From assembly GCA_964542445.1 (NCBI GenBank), contig CAZITY010000003.1, positions 21,886-85,885 on the forward strand: a stretch of DNA of 64,000 bases. The letters are read 5' to 3'. Of the stretch, positions 20,801-30,382 are shown piece after piece; position 1 is the stretch's first letter; each line of letters starts with the position of its first letter. The notes beneath the pieces are model-generated. The model did not search any database and had not been told where the DNA came from. It saw only the letters and a list, made by a program, of their open reading frames with translations. Origin of the DNA: an uncultured Halobacteriales archaeon. Its GTDB lineage: Archaea > Halobacteriota > Halobacteria > Halobacteriales > Hikarchaeaceae. The position numbers and the translations under genes are program-made.

Positions 20801-21410
20801 TTACTACCTCTAGTTCCTCAAGCGAGTCTTCTTTTTTTGCATCGAATTCAGCCACACCGGCGATTTCATCAATTATTTCACGACGACGGTACGGCGTAAT
20901 CGAAGTGATGCCGGTGACATCTCCCTGCATAACAACATTATATCCTTCGGGTGTAACGCCGGCTTGAGCGAGTAAATCTCGTATATCAGATAAGTTAACA
21001 GACCGCCCGTTCAGATAATAATACGAATAATAGTTATCGTCAGTTCGTTTCACCCGCCGCTTGATTGATATTTCAGTTTCATTACCGATATCGTGTGTCC
21101 CGGCAGCGGCAGCAATTTGTTCCTTTGATAGTGTCCCGTCACTGTTATCTAGGACCACTTCAACGGTCGCTTCTTTCGGTCCGCTCGGTGTACCGGAATC
21201 AATCCCGGGGTTGTAAATTAAATCTGTTAATTTTTTCGCTCGGATGCCGTGGCTTCGTGCGAGGCCGAGACTGAATAAAATCGCGTCTATGATATTTGAT
21301 TTTCCGGAGCCGTTCGGACCACTCACCGTGGAGAAGTCTTCGTAAAACGGGATTTCAGTTTTTCTTCCGAAACTCTTGAAATTATCTAGTACGAGGGTTT
21401 TAATGTGCAT
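17847..21410 (-). CDS. smc: chromosome segregation protein SMC
   Basis: 1187 aa. N-terminal Walker A (GPNGSGKSN), long coiled coils, hinge, and C-terminal signature/Walker B (LSGGEKSLTALAFIFA...YALDEVDAFLD). Confidence 0.95.
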   Translation of the reverse strand: MHIKTLVLDNFKSFGRKTEIPFYEDFSTVSGPNGSGKSNIIDAILFSLGLARSHGIRAKKLTDLIYNPGIDSGTPSGPKEATVEVVLDNSDGTLSKEQIAAAAGTHDIGNETEISIKRRVKRTDDNYYSYYYLNGRSVNLSDIRDLLAQAGVTPEGYNVVMQGDVTGITSITPYRRREIIDEIAGVAEFDAKKEDSLEELEVVKDRIDEAELRIQDKQERLEQLEDERETALEYQGLKEEKAEYEGYLKAAELEEKRNDLEQTRSDIEERKGELEGLREKLDEKTGRVVRIQEDLDELNREIERKGEDEQLALQREIESVKGEISRLESEIETCENRIEEAETERRQSFVEIDKKQEQLDELSSEIRSKKLEKASLKSDIQSKQEELEAVTGQIDEIGEEYDELKTELESRKSELDDVRDEKNELQREQDRLLDEARRRSNERTEIEDRLSDIESRVSDLETEQSDLEDEYEKTEQNLEQIDRVVSDLRAEQSDIQEEISRVEDELQGKQQEYAELEAKAESSGDSSFGRAVTSILNSDIEGVHGTVAELGSVEEQYAVACETAAGGRLANVVVSDDAVGQECIEYLKRRNSGRATFLPLTEMEHRSLPNRPGREGVIDFAINLVEFDDTYAGVFSYVLGDTLVVDTLETARSLMGEFRIVTVAGDLVERSGAMTGGSSKGSRYSFTSGKGQLQRVAEEIESLEEDRREFRESLQSTNERLEDARDRKSEVKDELREIESQMNDIDREIEQCQSDKAECEDRLKEITEERESVESRMQEIEDAIDERDNVITDLEGEIDRIQDELAGSRIPELTEKSEGIQGEIETLESRVSDIDAALNELQLEQNYTEDAIDELHDKIEKAQNQKTEQEQRIEEINEEIDSKEVALAEKHEAIENLESELADLKEEREVLRESLADAEAARDEVREEVSRVENRVDSLVSTEERLVSDIEELESIVEEYDPEEIPDHDTVQSNIDRLTRAMSELEPVNMLAIEEYDAVAEELGDLEDRKETLVEERDGIRERIDRYETQKKDAFMEAFNEIDSYFQDIFQRLSNGTGELLLEKPDDPFEGGLTMRAEPGDKPIQRLDAMSGGEKSLTALAFIFAIQRHNPAPFYALDEVDAFLDAANAERVGELLDELASDAQFIVVSHRAAMLERSERAIGVTMQDNNISSVTGIAMADGGSSHD

Positions 21411-21428
21411 AATGCACGGGGCGGGGAT

Positions 21429-21707
21429 TCATGCGACGATAATGTCGTCTTCTGTCTCTTCAGCCTCCTGGGAGTGGGATTCTTCTGTCGTTTGTTCGTC
21501 CACTACGTCGGGTGAGTATTCTTCCCGGTTTGTTTGTTGTTCTTCGAGGGCGGCTTCGAGTTCTCTTATTCGTTCGGTCGATTCAACAAGTTCCTGGGTT
21601 AGTCCTCTGACTGTTGCTTCTAGTTGTTCTAGGCGTTGATCTAGGTCTTCGGGTGGCTCCCCTGACATTGATATGTTCGTAGGAGGAACGGGAAGAGACA
21701 TAAACAT
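21429..21707 (-). CDS. small acidic coiled-coil protein, 18 nt upstream of smc. Hypothetical.
   Basis: 92-aa ORF with heptad-like LEQLEATVRGLTQELVESTERIRELEAALEE. Same strand as smc with an 18-bp gap. Start uncertain: ATG at 21707 or 21668. Confidence 0.5.
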   Translation of the reverse strand: MFMSLPVPPTNISMSGEPPEDLDQRLEQLEATVRGLTQELVESTERIRELEAALEEQQTNREEYSPDVVDEQTTEESHSQEAEETEDDIIVA

Positions 21708-21911
21708 GCGTCAGACATCTGTCTTCTGTCATTAGTATTGATATGATGCATTTAGTTTCCCTTGTTTCCCGAAGCATCGGTATCACCGTATTGGGTAATT
21801 CCACGAGTCGCCACTGGAATTTTGTTGATTAATTAAAAATCTACGTGGTTGGCTTTGATAGTTTAGGGTTGAAACGAGAGATGTATCCGGCGTCCAGACT
21901 TTGCTTTACGT

Positions 21912-22166
21912 ATGGATGCTCCTGCGATTGCGGATCTGATTCGGGATTCACTTTCCGTGAGTCACGTAGAAATATTTCAACCTCGTGGGACCGATGATGA
22001 AGACCACCTGGGCGCCGTAGTCGTTTCAGAGGAATTCGAAGGAAAATCGCTTGTTCAGCAACACAAATTCGTGTATGATGCTCTTGGAGAGCATATGACG
22101 ACTGATATTCATGCACTTGAGTTAAAGACGTATACCCCGGATGAATATGCCGAGATGTCAGAATAA
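21912..22166 (+). CDS. BolA-family protein
   Basis: 84-aa BolA fold pattern (...LSVSHVEIFQPRG...HLGAVVVSEEFEGKSLVQQHKFVY). Adjacent to a monothiol glutaredoxin. Confidence 0.8.
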   Translation: MDAPAIADLIRDSLSVSHVEIFQPRGTDDEDHLGAVVVSEEFEGKSLVQQHKFVYDALGEHMTTDIHALELKTYTPDEYAEMSE

Positions 22167-22228
22167 TAATGCAATCTAGGCGCTAGTCAGTTGTCCTGTT
22201 CGGAAGGCATTTCCCGCTTCAGATCCGA

Positions 22229-22579
22229 ATGAAGCACATGTCGTTTAACCCCACGTCTGATTTATCGAAGGAGGAAGTTACGGACATAGTAGACACAGCA
22301 ATCGAAGATAATGATGTGGTCCTTTTCATGAAAGGGACTGAGTTGATGCCCCAATGTGGGTATTCTCGCCGAGCGCTCGGGTTAATAAAACAACATCGAG
22401 AGGATGTTGAAACAATAAATGCTCTTGACTCGTTGGATGCATTTCGGGAAGCGTTGGAAGCGCATAGTGGGTGGGAGACGATCCCACAAACCTACGTGAA
22501 CGGCGAATTTATTGGGGGGAGCGATATTCTTGCGGAATTGGATGAACGTGGAGAACTCGCTGAAGCACTCACGACGTAA
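22229..22579 (+). CDS. monothiol glutaredoxin (Grx4/GrxD family, CGYS active site)
   Basis: 116 aa. VVLFMKGT...PQCGYSRRALGLI motif and C-terminal GGSDIL. BolA neighbour. Confidence 0.85.
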   Translation: MKHMSFNPTSDLSKEEVTDIVDTAIEDNDVVLFMKGTELMPQCGYSRRALGLIKQHREDVETINALDSLDAFREALEAHSGWETIPQTYVNGEFIGGSDILAELDERGELAEALTT

Positions 22580-22662
22580 TGCGTACAGCGCATTCGTTTT
22601 GTCACAGAGATAACCGGGATCATGGTTCACTGGTTGACCAGTAAGGGACTCTTTGGTTGTCG

Positions 22663-23298
22663 ATGACTAGCGACTCGCCATCGACTAATTCAATAGGTGA
22701 TGCTGAGGATCTTCTTCAGGCTTTATTTCGAAATAGCCGCGTGAATGCGATGATATCATGGCTGTTACTCTTTGTGCTGTTCATCGTGTTTATCGAGAGC
22801 GTTCTTGATCGAGATACCTCGTGGAGCGTGTTTACATTCGTGTGCGGAGTGATCGTGTTACTTCCTTCAGCTCGATATGGTAATTGGAGAATGATGCTTC
22901 CATGGGAAGTTCTCGTTATCGCCTTATCCCCAATCCTTGTGCGGGCGGTGTTCGGTGGGGAACTAGGGACTTTTGCGTATTATCTAGCAATAGCTGGACT
23001 TGCGCTCATTATTACCGTTGAATTTCATACCTTTACTGCCCTCAGTGTCACGCATTGGTTTGCGGTAGTCTTGGTTGTGCTAACGACATGGGCATCCATC
23101 GGAGCGTGGACCATAGTCCGATGGGGCATGGATTTGTATTTGGGGACGACATACCTCGCGACGAACACCGAGTTGATGGAGGAATTTATTTATGTTACAC
23201 TCGCCGGGTTGGTTGCTGGCATTTTGTTTGACGGGTACGTCAACCGGAGGGATAGACAGGTACGGCGATCGTTACGTAGAGTGATTCAGAATGATTAA
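22663..23298 (+). CDS. hypothetical integral membrane protein (~5 TM)
   Basis: An ATG at 22663 is preferred over the TTG at 22657. Multiple hydrophobic helices. Overlaps the next gene by 8 nt (ATGATTAA). Confidence 0.5.
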   Translation: MTSDSPSTNSIGDAEDLLQALFRNSRVNAMISWLLLFVLFIVFIESVLDRDTSWSVFTFVCGVIVLLPSARYGNWRMMLPWEVLVIALSPILVRAVFGGELGTFAYYLAIAGLALIITVEFHTFTALSVTHWFAVVLVVLTTWASIGAWTIVRWGMDLYLGTTYLATNTELMEEFIYVTLAGLVAGILFDGYVNRRDRQVRRSLRRVIQND

Positions 23299-23914
23299 GT
23301 ATCGGTTGCCTGTTCAGCAGCAACGTCGATTAACGAGGGCGATGCAAGTGATTCTGCTCGGTATTGTCGTGGCTGGGTTGGTTTTCCGAGAACCGAAGGC
23401 TGTAACGAATGGTTCGATAGCGTTGATCGTGACGTTTATTCCAGCGATACTAGAACGAGACTATGAACTCACGTTGAATCCCTGGCTTGGGTTATGGATT
23501 ACAACGGCGGTTTTTCTTCATTCGTTGGGGTCCGCTGGATTGTATGGGCAAATAGGCTGGTGGGACCATCTAACACATGCAACTTCCGCCTCATTAGTGG
23601 GAGGGATTGGGTATACCGTTGCCCGGGCCGTAGACATCCATCACGAGGAAATTCATATTCCCAATCGGCATGCGTTTATTTTTATTTTAATCGTTGTGTT
23701 GGCATTCGGTGTCGTCTGGGAGTTATTTGAATACGGTCTTGATATTCTCGCGACGACGACTGATATCACAATGCCGTTATCCCAGCACGGGTTAGATGAT
23801 TCGGTTCGGGATTTAATGTTTAATTCATTGGGGGCAATTGTAATTGCGACGTTCGGGCAGGTTCATTTATCGGGGCTCGCAGCCACGATTTATTCACATT
23901 TTTACGAAGATTAA
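23291..23914 (+). CDS. hypothetical integral membrane protein (~5 TM, conserved His/Trp/Glu positions)
   Basis: 207 aa with ATG start, overlapping the upstream gene. Patterns GWWDHLTHA and VVWELFEYGLD suggest a possible membrane hydrolase/transporter-like family. Confidence 0.5.
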   Translation: MIKYRLPVQQQRRLTRAMQVILLGIVVAGLVFREPKAVTNGSIALIVTFIPAILERDYELTLNPWLGLWITTAVFLHSLGSAGLYGQIGWWDHLTHATSASLVGGIGYTVARAVDIHHEEIHIPNRHAFIFILIVVLAFGVVWELFEYGLDILATTTDITMPLSQHGLDDSVRDLMFNSLGAIVIATFGQVHLSGLAATIYSHFYED

Positions 23915-23957
23915 TGGGGGGCCCTTTCCGCTCGTCTCAGTGGTGTCTGGATGGTAC

Positions 23958-24233
23958 TTACATTCCCATGTCATCTGCCTCGGGCGGCACGGGGAGTTGA
24001 TTGGGTCTGATATCTAGTAGCTCAGCGACGTGGTCGAGGGCAATGTCAAACCCATAATATCGTTCGAGTTCATCGCCGCTAGTGCCTTCGCGGACCTTCA
24101 ACATTGCATAGCCGTCTCGATTCTGTGAAATGACAGCGGTTGTACCTGCTAGTTGGAACTCAAGGATTCGTTCGGTTTCTGTTTCATAATACTTGGCCTT
24201 CACCTCTGATTCTCCTTGTTTTTCGTTATTCAT
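23958..24233 (-). CDS. hypothetical small acidic protein
   Basis: 91-aa ORF with ATG start and halophile-type composition. Divergent from pdxS. No recognisable domain. Confidence 0.4.
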   Translation of the reverse strand: MNNEKQGESEVKAKYYETETERILEFQLAGTTAVISQNRDGYAMLKVREGTSGDELERYYGFDIALDHVAELLDIRPNQLPVPPEADDMGM

Positions 24234-24333
24234 ACGGATCCTATCCCGTCCTTCGTTACCAAAGTAGTGGTTTTGCGTGCGTCAGCGAAACTACTGTTGG
24301 TGACCGATATACCTTAGCCATTCGAGAAATTGT

Positions 24334-25251
24334 GTGATAGATATGCCAGAACCGACTGATCTAGAGGATTTACGACGGGGGACCGAACTCGTCAAACGTG
24401 GGTTCGCTCGTATGCAAAAAGGAGGCGTAATTATGGATGTTGTCAATCCCGAGCAGGCTCGGATTGCGGAAGATGCCGGAGCCGTTGCCGTAATGGCACT
24501 TGAAGCTGTTCCGGCAGATATCCGGAAACGAGGTGGGGTTGCCCGAATGGCGGATCCGGGTGACGTTAAAGAAATTATTAATGAGGTATCGATTCCGGTA
24601 ATGGGGAAAACGCGGATTGGGCACACGAAGGAAGCTGAAATACTTGAGGCGGTTGGGGTTGATATGGTTGATGAAAGCGAAGTGCTCACTCCTGCTGATG
24701 ATCGGTTCCACATTGAAAAACAGGACTTTACAACCCCGTTTGTATGCGGTGCTCGTAATCTCGGCGAAGCATTACGCCGGATACACGAAGGGGCTGCGAT
24801 GATACGGACAAAAGGCGAGGCTGGAACTGGCGATGTGAACCAAGCAGTGCATCACCAACGCACCATTAAGGGGGCTATTCGAGAGTTAGCTGGGATGACC
24901 ACGGAGGAACGTGAAGCTTGGGCACGGGAAAACGAAGCCCCGGCACCGTTGGTACACGAGACCGCTGACATGGGTCGGTTACCAGTAGTGAATTTCGCAG
25001 CTGGCGGGATCGCAACCCCAGCCGATGCTGCGTTAATGATGCATCTAGAGTGCGATGGGATATTTGTTGGTAGTGGGATATTTGGTGCTGAAGATCCTCC
25101 GGCAATGGCTGACGCTATCGTGAAGGCGGTGAACAATTGGGATGATCCGGCGACGCTCGCAGACATCGCTGAGAATATTGGGTCTGGCATGGCGGGAGAG
25201 GCGAATGATGATTTACCCGAAGAGGAACGGTTGCAGGGCCGCGGGGTATGA
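24334..25251 (+). CDS. pdxS: pyridoxal 5'-phosphate synthase, lyase subunit PdxS
   Basis: 305 aa. (beta/alpha)8 PdxS/SNZ pattern ([52 protein letters not shown]). Followed by pdxT. Confidence 0.95.
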   Translation: MIDMPEPTDLEDLRRGTELVKRGFARMQKGGVIMDVVNPEQARIAEDAGAVAVMALEAVPADIRKRGGVARMADPGDVKEIINEVSIPVMGKTRIGHTKEAEILEAVGVDMVDESEVLTPADDRFHIEKQDFTTPFVCGARNLGEALRRIHEGAAMIRTKGEAGTGDVNQAVHHQRTIKGAIRELAGMTTEEREAWARENEAPAPLVHETADMGRLPVVNFAAGGIATPADAALMMHLECDGIFVGSGIFGAEDPPAMADAIVKAVNNWDDPATLADIAENIGSGMAGEANDDLPEEERLQGRGV

Positions 25252-25266
25252 ATTGGGCATGACGGT

Positions 25267-25878
25267 ATGACGAAGACCGCCGGCGTAATTGGGGTACAAG
25301 GGGACGTTAGTGAACACGTTGAGGCGATTGACCGCGCTGCTTCAAAACAGGGGGTTGATGTTGATGTGGTGACGGTTCGGGACGCCGGGATTGTCCCAAG
25401 ATGTGATTTTCTCGCAATTCCAGGTGGTGAGTCCACAACGATTTCCCGGTTGTTATTCCAGGAAGGTATTGATGAGGAAATACGTACCCACGTCACTAAT
25501 GAAAAACCAGTGTTGGCCACTTGTGCCGGGTTGATTGTCGCTGCACGGTCTGCAAATGATGACCGTGTTCGAACACTTGACATTCTCGATGTGACAGTTG
25601 ATCGGAACGCATTCGGGCGACAGATAGACAGCTTCGAATCTGAGATCTCTATTCGAGGGATTCCTGACCCGTTCCCTGTCGTGTTTATCCGGGCACCCGT
25701 GATTACTGATGTAGGAGCTGAAGTAACGGTATTGGCGACGATAGAAGACAAGATCGTTGCGGTATATGAGCCACCAGTCGTTGGGACGGCCTTTCACCCC
25801 GAATTAACCCCAGGCACTGCTATTCATGAATTAGCGTTTTTCAAGCAACCGCTTGATACGAATACACTTTCGACGTGA
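25267..25878 (+). CDS. pdxT: pyridoxal 5'-phosphate synthase, glutaminase subunit PdxT
   Basis: 203 aa. Class I glutamine amidotransferase (LAIPGGESTT, catalytic C in ATCAGLI, H-E in GTAFHPEL). Confidence 0.9.
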   Translation: MTKTAGVIGVQGDVSEHVEAIDRAASKQGVDVDVVTVRDAGIVPRCDFLAIPGGESTTISRLLFQEGIDEEIRTHVTNEKPVLATCAGLIVAARSANDDRVRTLDILDVTVDRNAFGRQIDSFESEISIRGIPDPFPVVFIRAPVITDVGAEVTVLATIEDKIVAVYEPPVVGTAFHPELTPGTAIHELAFFKQPLDTNTLST

Positions 25879-25927
25879 TGAGTCACGAGCACGAAAATTT
25901 TCAAGAACCCGCCACTAGCATCTAGCA

Positions 25928-27619
25928 ATGAGGTTCCGTGAGTTAGTTGCTGTCTATGATTCCTTGCTCGAAACCTCATCTACCTTAGAGAAAACACGGA
26001 TCATCGCTGAAACCCTAGCGGAGACTGATCATGAGACCCTCCAGATTCTCGTGCAATTACTCAGAGGACAGGTTTCCTCGAATTGGGAATCGATTGAACT
26101 AGGGGTTTCTTCTGCGTTGGCACAGGACGCGATTGCTACCGCTACAGGTATCGATTTGGAGACGATTGAAGAGTGGTGGCGCGAATCGGGGGATCTGGGG
26201 GATGCCGCAATGCGAGCAGTGGAACAAAAAACCCAGCAATCACTCGTCACGGAAACCCTCAATATCACTAGTGTGTACGAAACTCTGCGATCTTTGAGTA
26301 CCTTCAAGGGCAGCGGGAGTCAGTCACGTCGGATAGAAACGATCGCTGGGTTGTTGTCGAATGCGACCCCACGGGAAGCTAGATACATCATTCGGACTGT
26401 GCTAGGAACGATGCGGCTCGGCGTCGGTGATGGAATTCTCCGGGACGCTATTGCGATGGCTTATATCGGTGACTCAGCGGAGGCCCGGGAGTTAGTCCAG
26501 CGGTCCTTCGAAGTCACGAACGATTTTTCAGTGGTGGTAGAAAATGCGGCGACGGCTGGACCCGAGGGGTTACAGTCGCTGGATATCCAAGTATTCAGGC
26601 CGATTCAACCGATGCTTGCAGAGAAAGCTGATGGGATGGAATCAGCGCTTAATGATTTGAGTGATTCTGATGGCCGGGTGCTATTGGAAATGAAATATGA
26701 CGGGATGCGGGCGAAACTCCATAAACAACACGACGATGTTCGGATGTTTACGCGTCGCTTAGAGAACGTCACCGAGCAGTTCCCTGATGTTGTCTCAATG
26801 ATTGATGAGACGGTCACTGCAGATGAGTTCATTATTGAAGCTGAAGTGGTAGGGGTCGCCCCGGAAACAGGGACGCATGTCCCGTTCCAGGAGTTGTCTC
26901 AGCGGATTAAACGAAAACATGATATCGAGGCAATGATCGAAGAACTGCCCGTCGAGGTTTTCGTATTTGATTTCTTGTATCTCGATGGGCAATCGTTCCT
27001 AGATGAATCACTTCGAACCAGACTTGATTCGTTATCGGATATCCTTGATACGTCGAGTTCACCAACGGGGGTATCACGGGCGGAACATTCCGAGATCACT
27101 AGTGCTTCTGCGGGGAATTCGTTTTATGAACGGGCGTTGTCCGAGGGGACTGAGGGCGTGATGATCAAGAACCTAGAAGCATCTTACCAACCCGGATCCC
27201 GCGTGGGGTATCAGCGCAAGCTAAAACCCACAATGGATCCCCTAGACCTGGTTGTCACGCGGGTGAAATGGAGTGAAGGACGGAAAAGCGAATACCTCGG
27301 ACGGCCATATCTCGCTTGCCGCGACACTGCTGCTGGGGAATTCAAAGAGATTGGCCGATTGCACACTGGATTCACTGATGCAGATCTAGAAGAGTTCACT
27401 GAGTTAATTAAACCCAAAATCGTGTCGGTAACCGGCCGGGAAGCAAAGGTAACACCAGAAATCGTTCTCGAAGTGGAGTATGAAGAAATCCAGTCCTCAC
27501 CCCAGTATAGTTCTGGCTATGCATTACGGTTTCCTCGATTCAATCAAATACGATACGACTTATCCCTAGAGGATGTCGATACATTATCGACGGTCAAAGA
27601 ATTATACGATAACCAGTAA
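25928..27619 (+). CDS. ATP-dependent DNA ligase (archaeal LigA/Lig1-type)
   Basis: 563 aa. Adenylation motif I EMKYDGMRA, DNA-binding N domain and OB domain. Confidence 0.9.
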   Translation: MRFRELVAVYDSLLETSSTLEKTRIIAETLAETDHETLQILVQLLRGQVSSNWESIELGVSSALAQDAIATATGIDLETIEEWWRESGDLGDAAMRAVEQKTQQSLVTETLNITSVYETLRSLSTFKGSGSQSRRIETIAGLLSNATPREARYIIRTVLGTMRLGVGDGILRDAIAMAYIGDSAEARELVQRSFEVTNDFSVVVENAATAGPEGLQSLDIQVFRPIQPMLAEKADGMESALNDLSDSDGRVLLEMKYDGMRAKLHKQHDDVRMFTRRLENVTEQFPDVVSMIDETVTADEFIIEAEVVGVAPETGTHVPFQELSQRIKRKHDIEAMIEELPVEVFVFDFLYLDGQSFLDESLRTRLDSLSDILDTSSSPTGVSRAEHSEITSASAGNSFYERALSEGTEGVMIKNLEASYQPGSRVGYQRKLKPTMDPLDLVVTRVKWSEGRKSEYLGRPYLACRDTAAGEFKEIGRLHTGFTDADLEEFTELIKPKIVSVTGREAKVTPEIVLEVEYEEIQSSPQYSSGYALRFPRFNQIRYDLSLEDVDTLSTVKELYDNQ

Positions 27620-27661
27620 CAGCCATCCTACTTTCTGAAAGTATTTTCTGGACGAGGGTGG

Positions 27662-28888
27662 TTACGACCGGCTCGGTTCATTCATGAGGTATCCAGCGAT
27701 GACACCGATGAACGTTGCCCCTGCGAGAATCACTAGCGACGGAGTGAACGATCCAGTCAGGTCATAAATTGATCCAATAAGGAATGGCCCCATGAACCCG
27801 CCAATCTCCCCGATGGTGAAAATAAATCCGTTCGCGACCGCTGTTAACCGCGGGCCGATTCCCTCCATTTCTATGGGGATCGCTCGAACCAGTGGAGACA
27901 ACCCACCAATGACAAACGCACCGATGAGAACAAGGGAAACAAGGACGATACCCATATCGGTAGCAAATATCAACCCAAGTAACCCGACTGTTCCAGCTAA
28001 ACTACACGCCATCACTGGTAACCGCCGTGTTCCAAACCGATCAGAAATCACTGGAATACTCGCAATGCCAACAATCCGGATAACAATGAATAAACTCGTA
28101 ATCGTTCCCGCTATCGCCGGCGCCATTCCTTGTGACTCGAGTATCGTTGGTAACCAATTTGACAACCCGTGACTGATGAACAATCGAACCGTCCCCACAA
28201 TCACGAGTAACACTAATCCATAATGCGTGAATATCCGGATAAGATCGTCCCGCATCGATCCGAATGAAAACCCCTGCTCCTCTTCATCACCTGATAACGA
28301 ATATGGGCTCCACAACAACCACGATATCACGTACCACACCACAGCAAACCCAATCACTATCCCGCCAGTCGCGAAGAAAAACGGCCGCCACCCACCGATA
28401 ATTGGCCCCACGACCGGCCGTGCAATTGCGAATACAGTTGCACTGCCAAGTGTAGCCCCAATAATATAGACTGATGACATTGATCCAGACCGTCTCGGCG
28501 GGAACAATTCTGACACAAGCTTCGGTAACCCAAATGTAATTGCGGTGCCACCCACCCCAAGCAACATTGTCGGACCGAGAATCGTCAGGAACCCCTCGGA
28601 AACTCCGCGGAATATGTGCGCTATACCAATAATAACCAGTCCAACTGTTAACGACCGACGGGAACCTAATCGATCAATGATCAGCCCAGAAATCAGTGAT
28701 AATGGTATGTAACTTAACTGTACCGCTCCAGTAACAACCCCGGCTTGCGTCCCAGACAGCCCTAACTCCTCAATAATGGGAACGAGATACGCTGCGAGCG
28801 AATACCATGAAAACGTAAACAAAAAATACCCAAGAGTAGCGAACACAAGGAGAATATAAGACGAAACCGGTACCTTTTGCTCTGACAC
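27662..28888 (-). CDS. MFS-family transporter
   Basis: 408 aa. 12 predicted TM helices and an MFS loop motif (GLIIDRLGSRR). GTG start. Confidence 0.75.
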   Translation of the reverse strand: MSEQKVPVSSYILLVFATLGYFLFTFSWYSLAAYLVPIIEELGLSGTQAGVVTGAVQLSYIPLSLISGLIIDRLGSRRSLTVGLVIIGIAHIFRGVSEGFLTILGPTMLLGVGGTAITFGLPKLVSELFPPRRSGSMSSVYIIGATLGSATVFAIARPVVGPIIGGWRPFFFATGGIVIGFAVVWYVISWLLWSPYSLSGDEEEQGFSFGSMRDDLIRIFTHYGLVLLVIVGTVRLFISHGLSNWLPTILESQGMAPAIAGTITSLFIVIRIVGIASIPVISDRFGTRRLPVMACSLAGTVGLLGLIFATDMGIVLVSLVLIGAFVIGGLSPLVRAIPIEMEGIGPRLTAVANGFIFTIGEIGGFMGPFLIGSIYDLTGSFTPSLVILAGATFIGVIAGYLMNEPSRS

Positions 28889-28992
28889 GGACGACTTGAC
28901 TCAACTATAGCGAATTCAAGCTACATGGTTGTTCCTACTTTCCCTGAATAGCTAGACCCAACCAAATTACCATTAAAAACCCCCCAGCGATC

Positions 28993-29065
28993 CGGGCGCG
29001 GCGGGATTTGAACCCGCGGTCGAACGGTTAGGAACCGTTCGCCCTATCCGCTAGGCCACGCGCCC
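28993..29065 (-). tRNA. tRNA-Arg (anticodon CCU)
   Basis: 73-nt cloverleaf read on the minus strand: acceptor GGGCGCG/CGCGCCC, T-arm GCGGG-TTCAAAT-CCCGC, anticodon stem AACGG/CCGTT with loop TTCCTAA. CCA is not encoded. Confidence 0.85.
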
Positions 29066-29086
29066 CACCTACTACTACGGTCAGCG

Positions 29087-29404
29087 TTATTTGGTATCCT
29101 CGGTTTCTGTCGAGGACGACGCCTCCTCGCTGGATTCGTCATCCGCGGTATCGTTCTGAACGGATCCTGCTTCAGGTGACGGTTGAGAAGCAGATTCTGA
29201 CCCAGTCGGATCGGTTAATTCGTCAAGTTCCTCTTCGATTTCTTGCCGCCCTCGCTGGAATTCACCCATCGCTTGCCCCGTTGACCGTGCAAGTTTCGGT
29301 ATTTTATTCGCCCCAAATAAGAGGATAGCAATTAACAAGATTACCGCAAGCTCCATCCCACCAAACGCCCCAAACTGCAATGGCGTAATTATGAATCCAT
29401 CCAT
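29087..29404 (-). CDS. tatA: Sec-independent (Tat) translocase subunit TatA/E
   Basis: 105 aa. N-terminal TM helix, amphipathic helix (LLFGANKIPKLARSTGQAMGEFQRG), and acidic tail. Confidence 0.85.
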   Translation of the reverse strand: MDGFIITPLQFGAFGGMELAVILLIAILLFGANKIPKLARSTGQAMGEFQRGRQEIEEELDELTDPTGSESASQPSPEAGSVQNDTADDESSEEASSSTETEDTK

Positions 29405-29526
29405 CGTTACGAAAAAATACGCGAGAGACGATTATAGGTTTTTTGCTGCGCGATTCGATAACTGATCGGATCATTCATTTCAGCGGTACGGATTCTTTAA
29501 CACTCCATTGGTACTACACAACAGCA

Positions 29527-30342
29527 ATGACTGAATCAAATCCGAACACGCTCTCGTGGGACTCCTATGACCCGACTGATAATCATTCGTTTGCTGATTC
29601 TCGTCTCAACAAGCTATGGCCAATCGTTACTGGCGACAAAGAGATCACTGCGTATCTAGACGCCCAGAACGTCAATCCCGTCAATAGATTACAATATAAC
29701 GATCACGGAGCCAAGCACGTCGAGATCGTCCGTGACCGGGCGTTACAACTGTATTCGTTATTGAAAGCCGGGGGTGTCCACTTTAATGGCGCAGCAGATC
29801 AGGGGCTTAACGAGAAGGACGAACCAGTAATCATATTTCTTGCGGCGACTCTCCACGATATCGGGCACGTCATCCACCGCCATCAACACACCTATTACTC
29901 ATTGCCGCTTGCATCGAATATTCTTGATCGACTACTTCCAGAAATATATGATACGGAAACAGCAGTGAAAGTCAAGAGTGAAGCGCTGCATGCAATACTG
30001 TGTCACCATCCGGAAGAAGATCCGTTAACACTAGAAGCTGGTGTGATCCGCACTGCCGATGGACTCGATATGGAACGAGGGAGATCTCGAATACCATATG
30101 ACACGGGGAGTCGGGGGATCAACACGCTGTCGAGTCAAGCGATTCAAAACGTAACCCTCCATCCTGGAGAGGACGTTGCTGTCGAAGTTGAAATTGAAAT
30201 GACAAACGCTGCCGGCGTGTATCAAGTTGATAATTTGTTGAAAGCAAAGCTTGAGGGATCTCTCATAGAAGACCACGTTCGAGTTGTCGCCATTAATAGC
30301 GGCGCGAGCGCCGATCAACTCATCAAACGAATCGAATTTTAA
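29527..30342 (+). CDS. HD-domain metal-dependent phosphohydrolase
   Basis: H...HDIGH...H...D motif series (GAKHVEIV, LHDIGHVIHRHQH, CHHPEED, RTADGLD). The ATG at 29527 is preferred over the upstream alternative start. Confidence 0.7.
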   Translation: MTESNPNTLSWDSYDPTDNHSFADSRLNKLWPIVTGDKEITAYLDAQNVNPVNRLQYNDHGAKHVEIVRDRALQLYSLLKAGGVHFNGAADQGLNEKDEPVIIFLAATLHDIGHVIHRHQHTYYSLPLASNILDRLLPEIYDTETAVKVKSEALHAILCHHPEEDPLTLEAGVIRTADGLDMERGRSRIPYDTGSRGINTLSSQAIQNVTLHPGEDVAVEVEIEMTNAAGVYQVDNLLKAKLEGSLIEDHVRVVAINSGASADQLIKRIEF

Positions 30343-30382
30343 CTTACTACTCCTATCGTCGTTCTGTCTCTAATTGCACAGG

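Noticed and set aside
24852-25751. 299-aa minus-strand ORF spanning pdxS/pdxT
   Set aside because: Antisense to two highly conserved genes. Low-complexity S/T/A/P-rich sequence.
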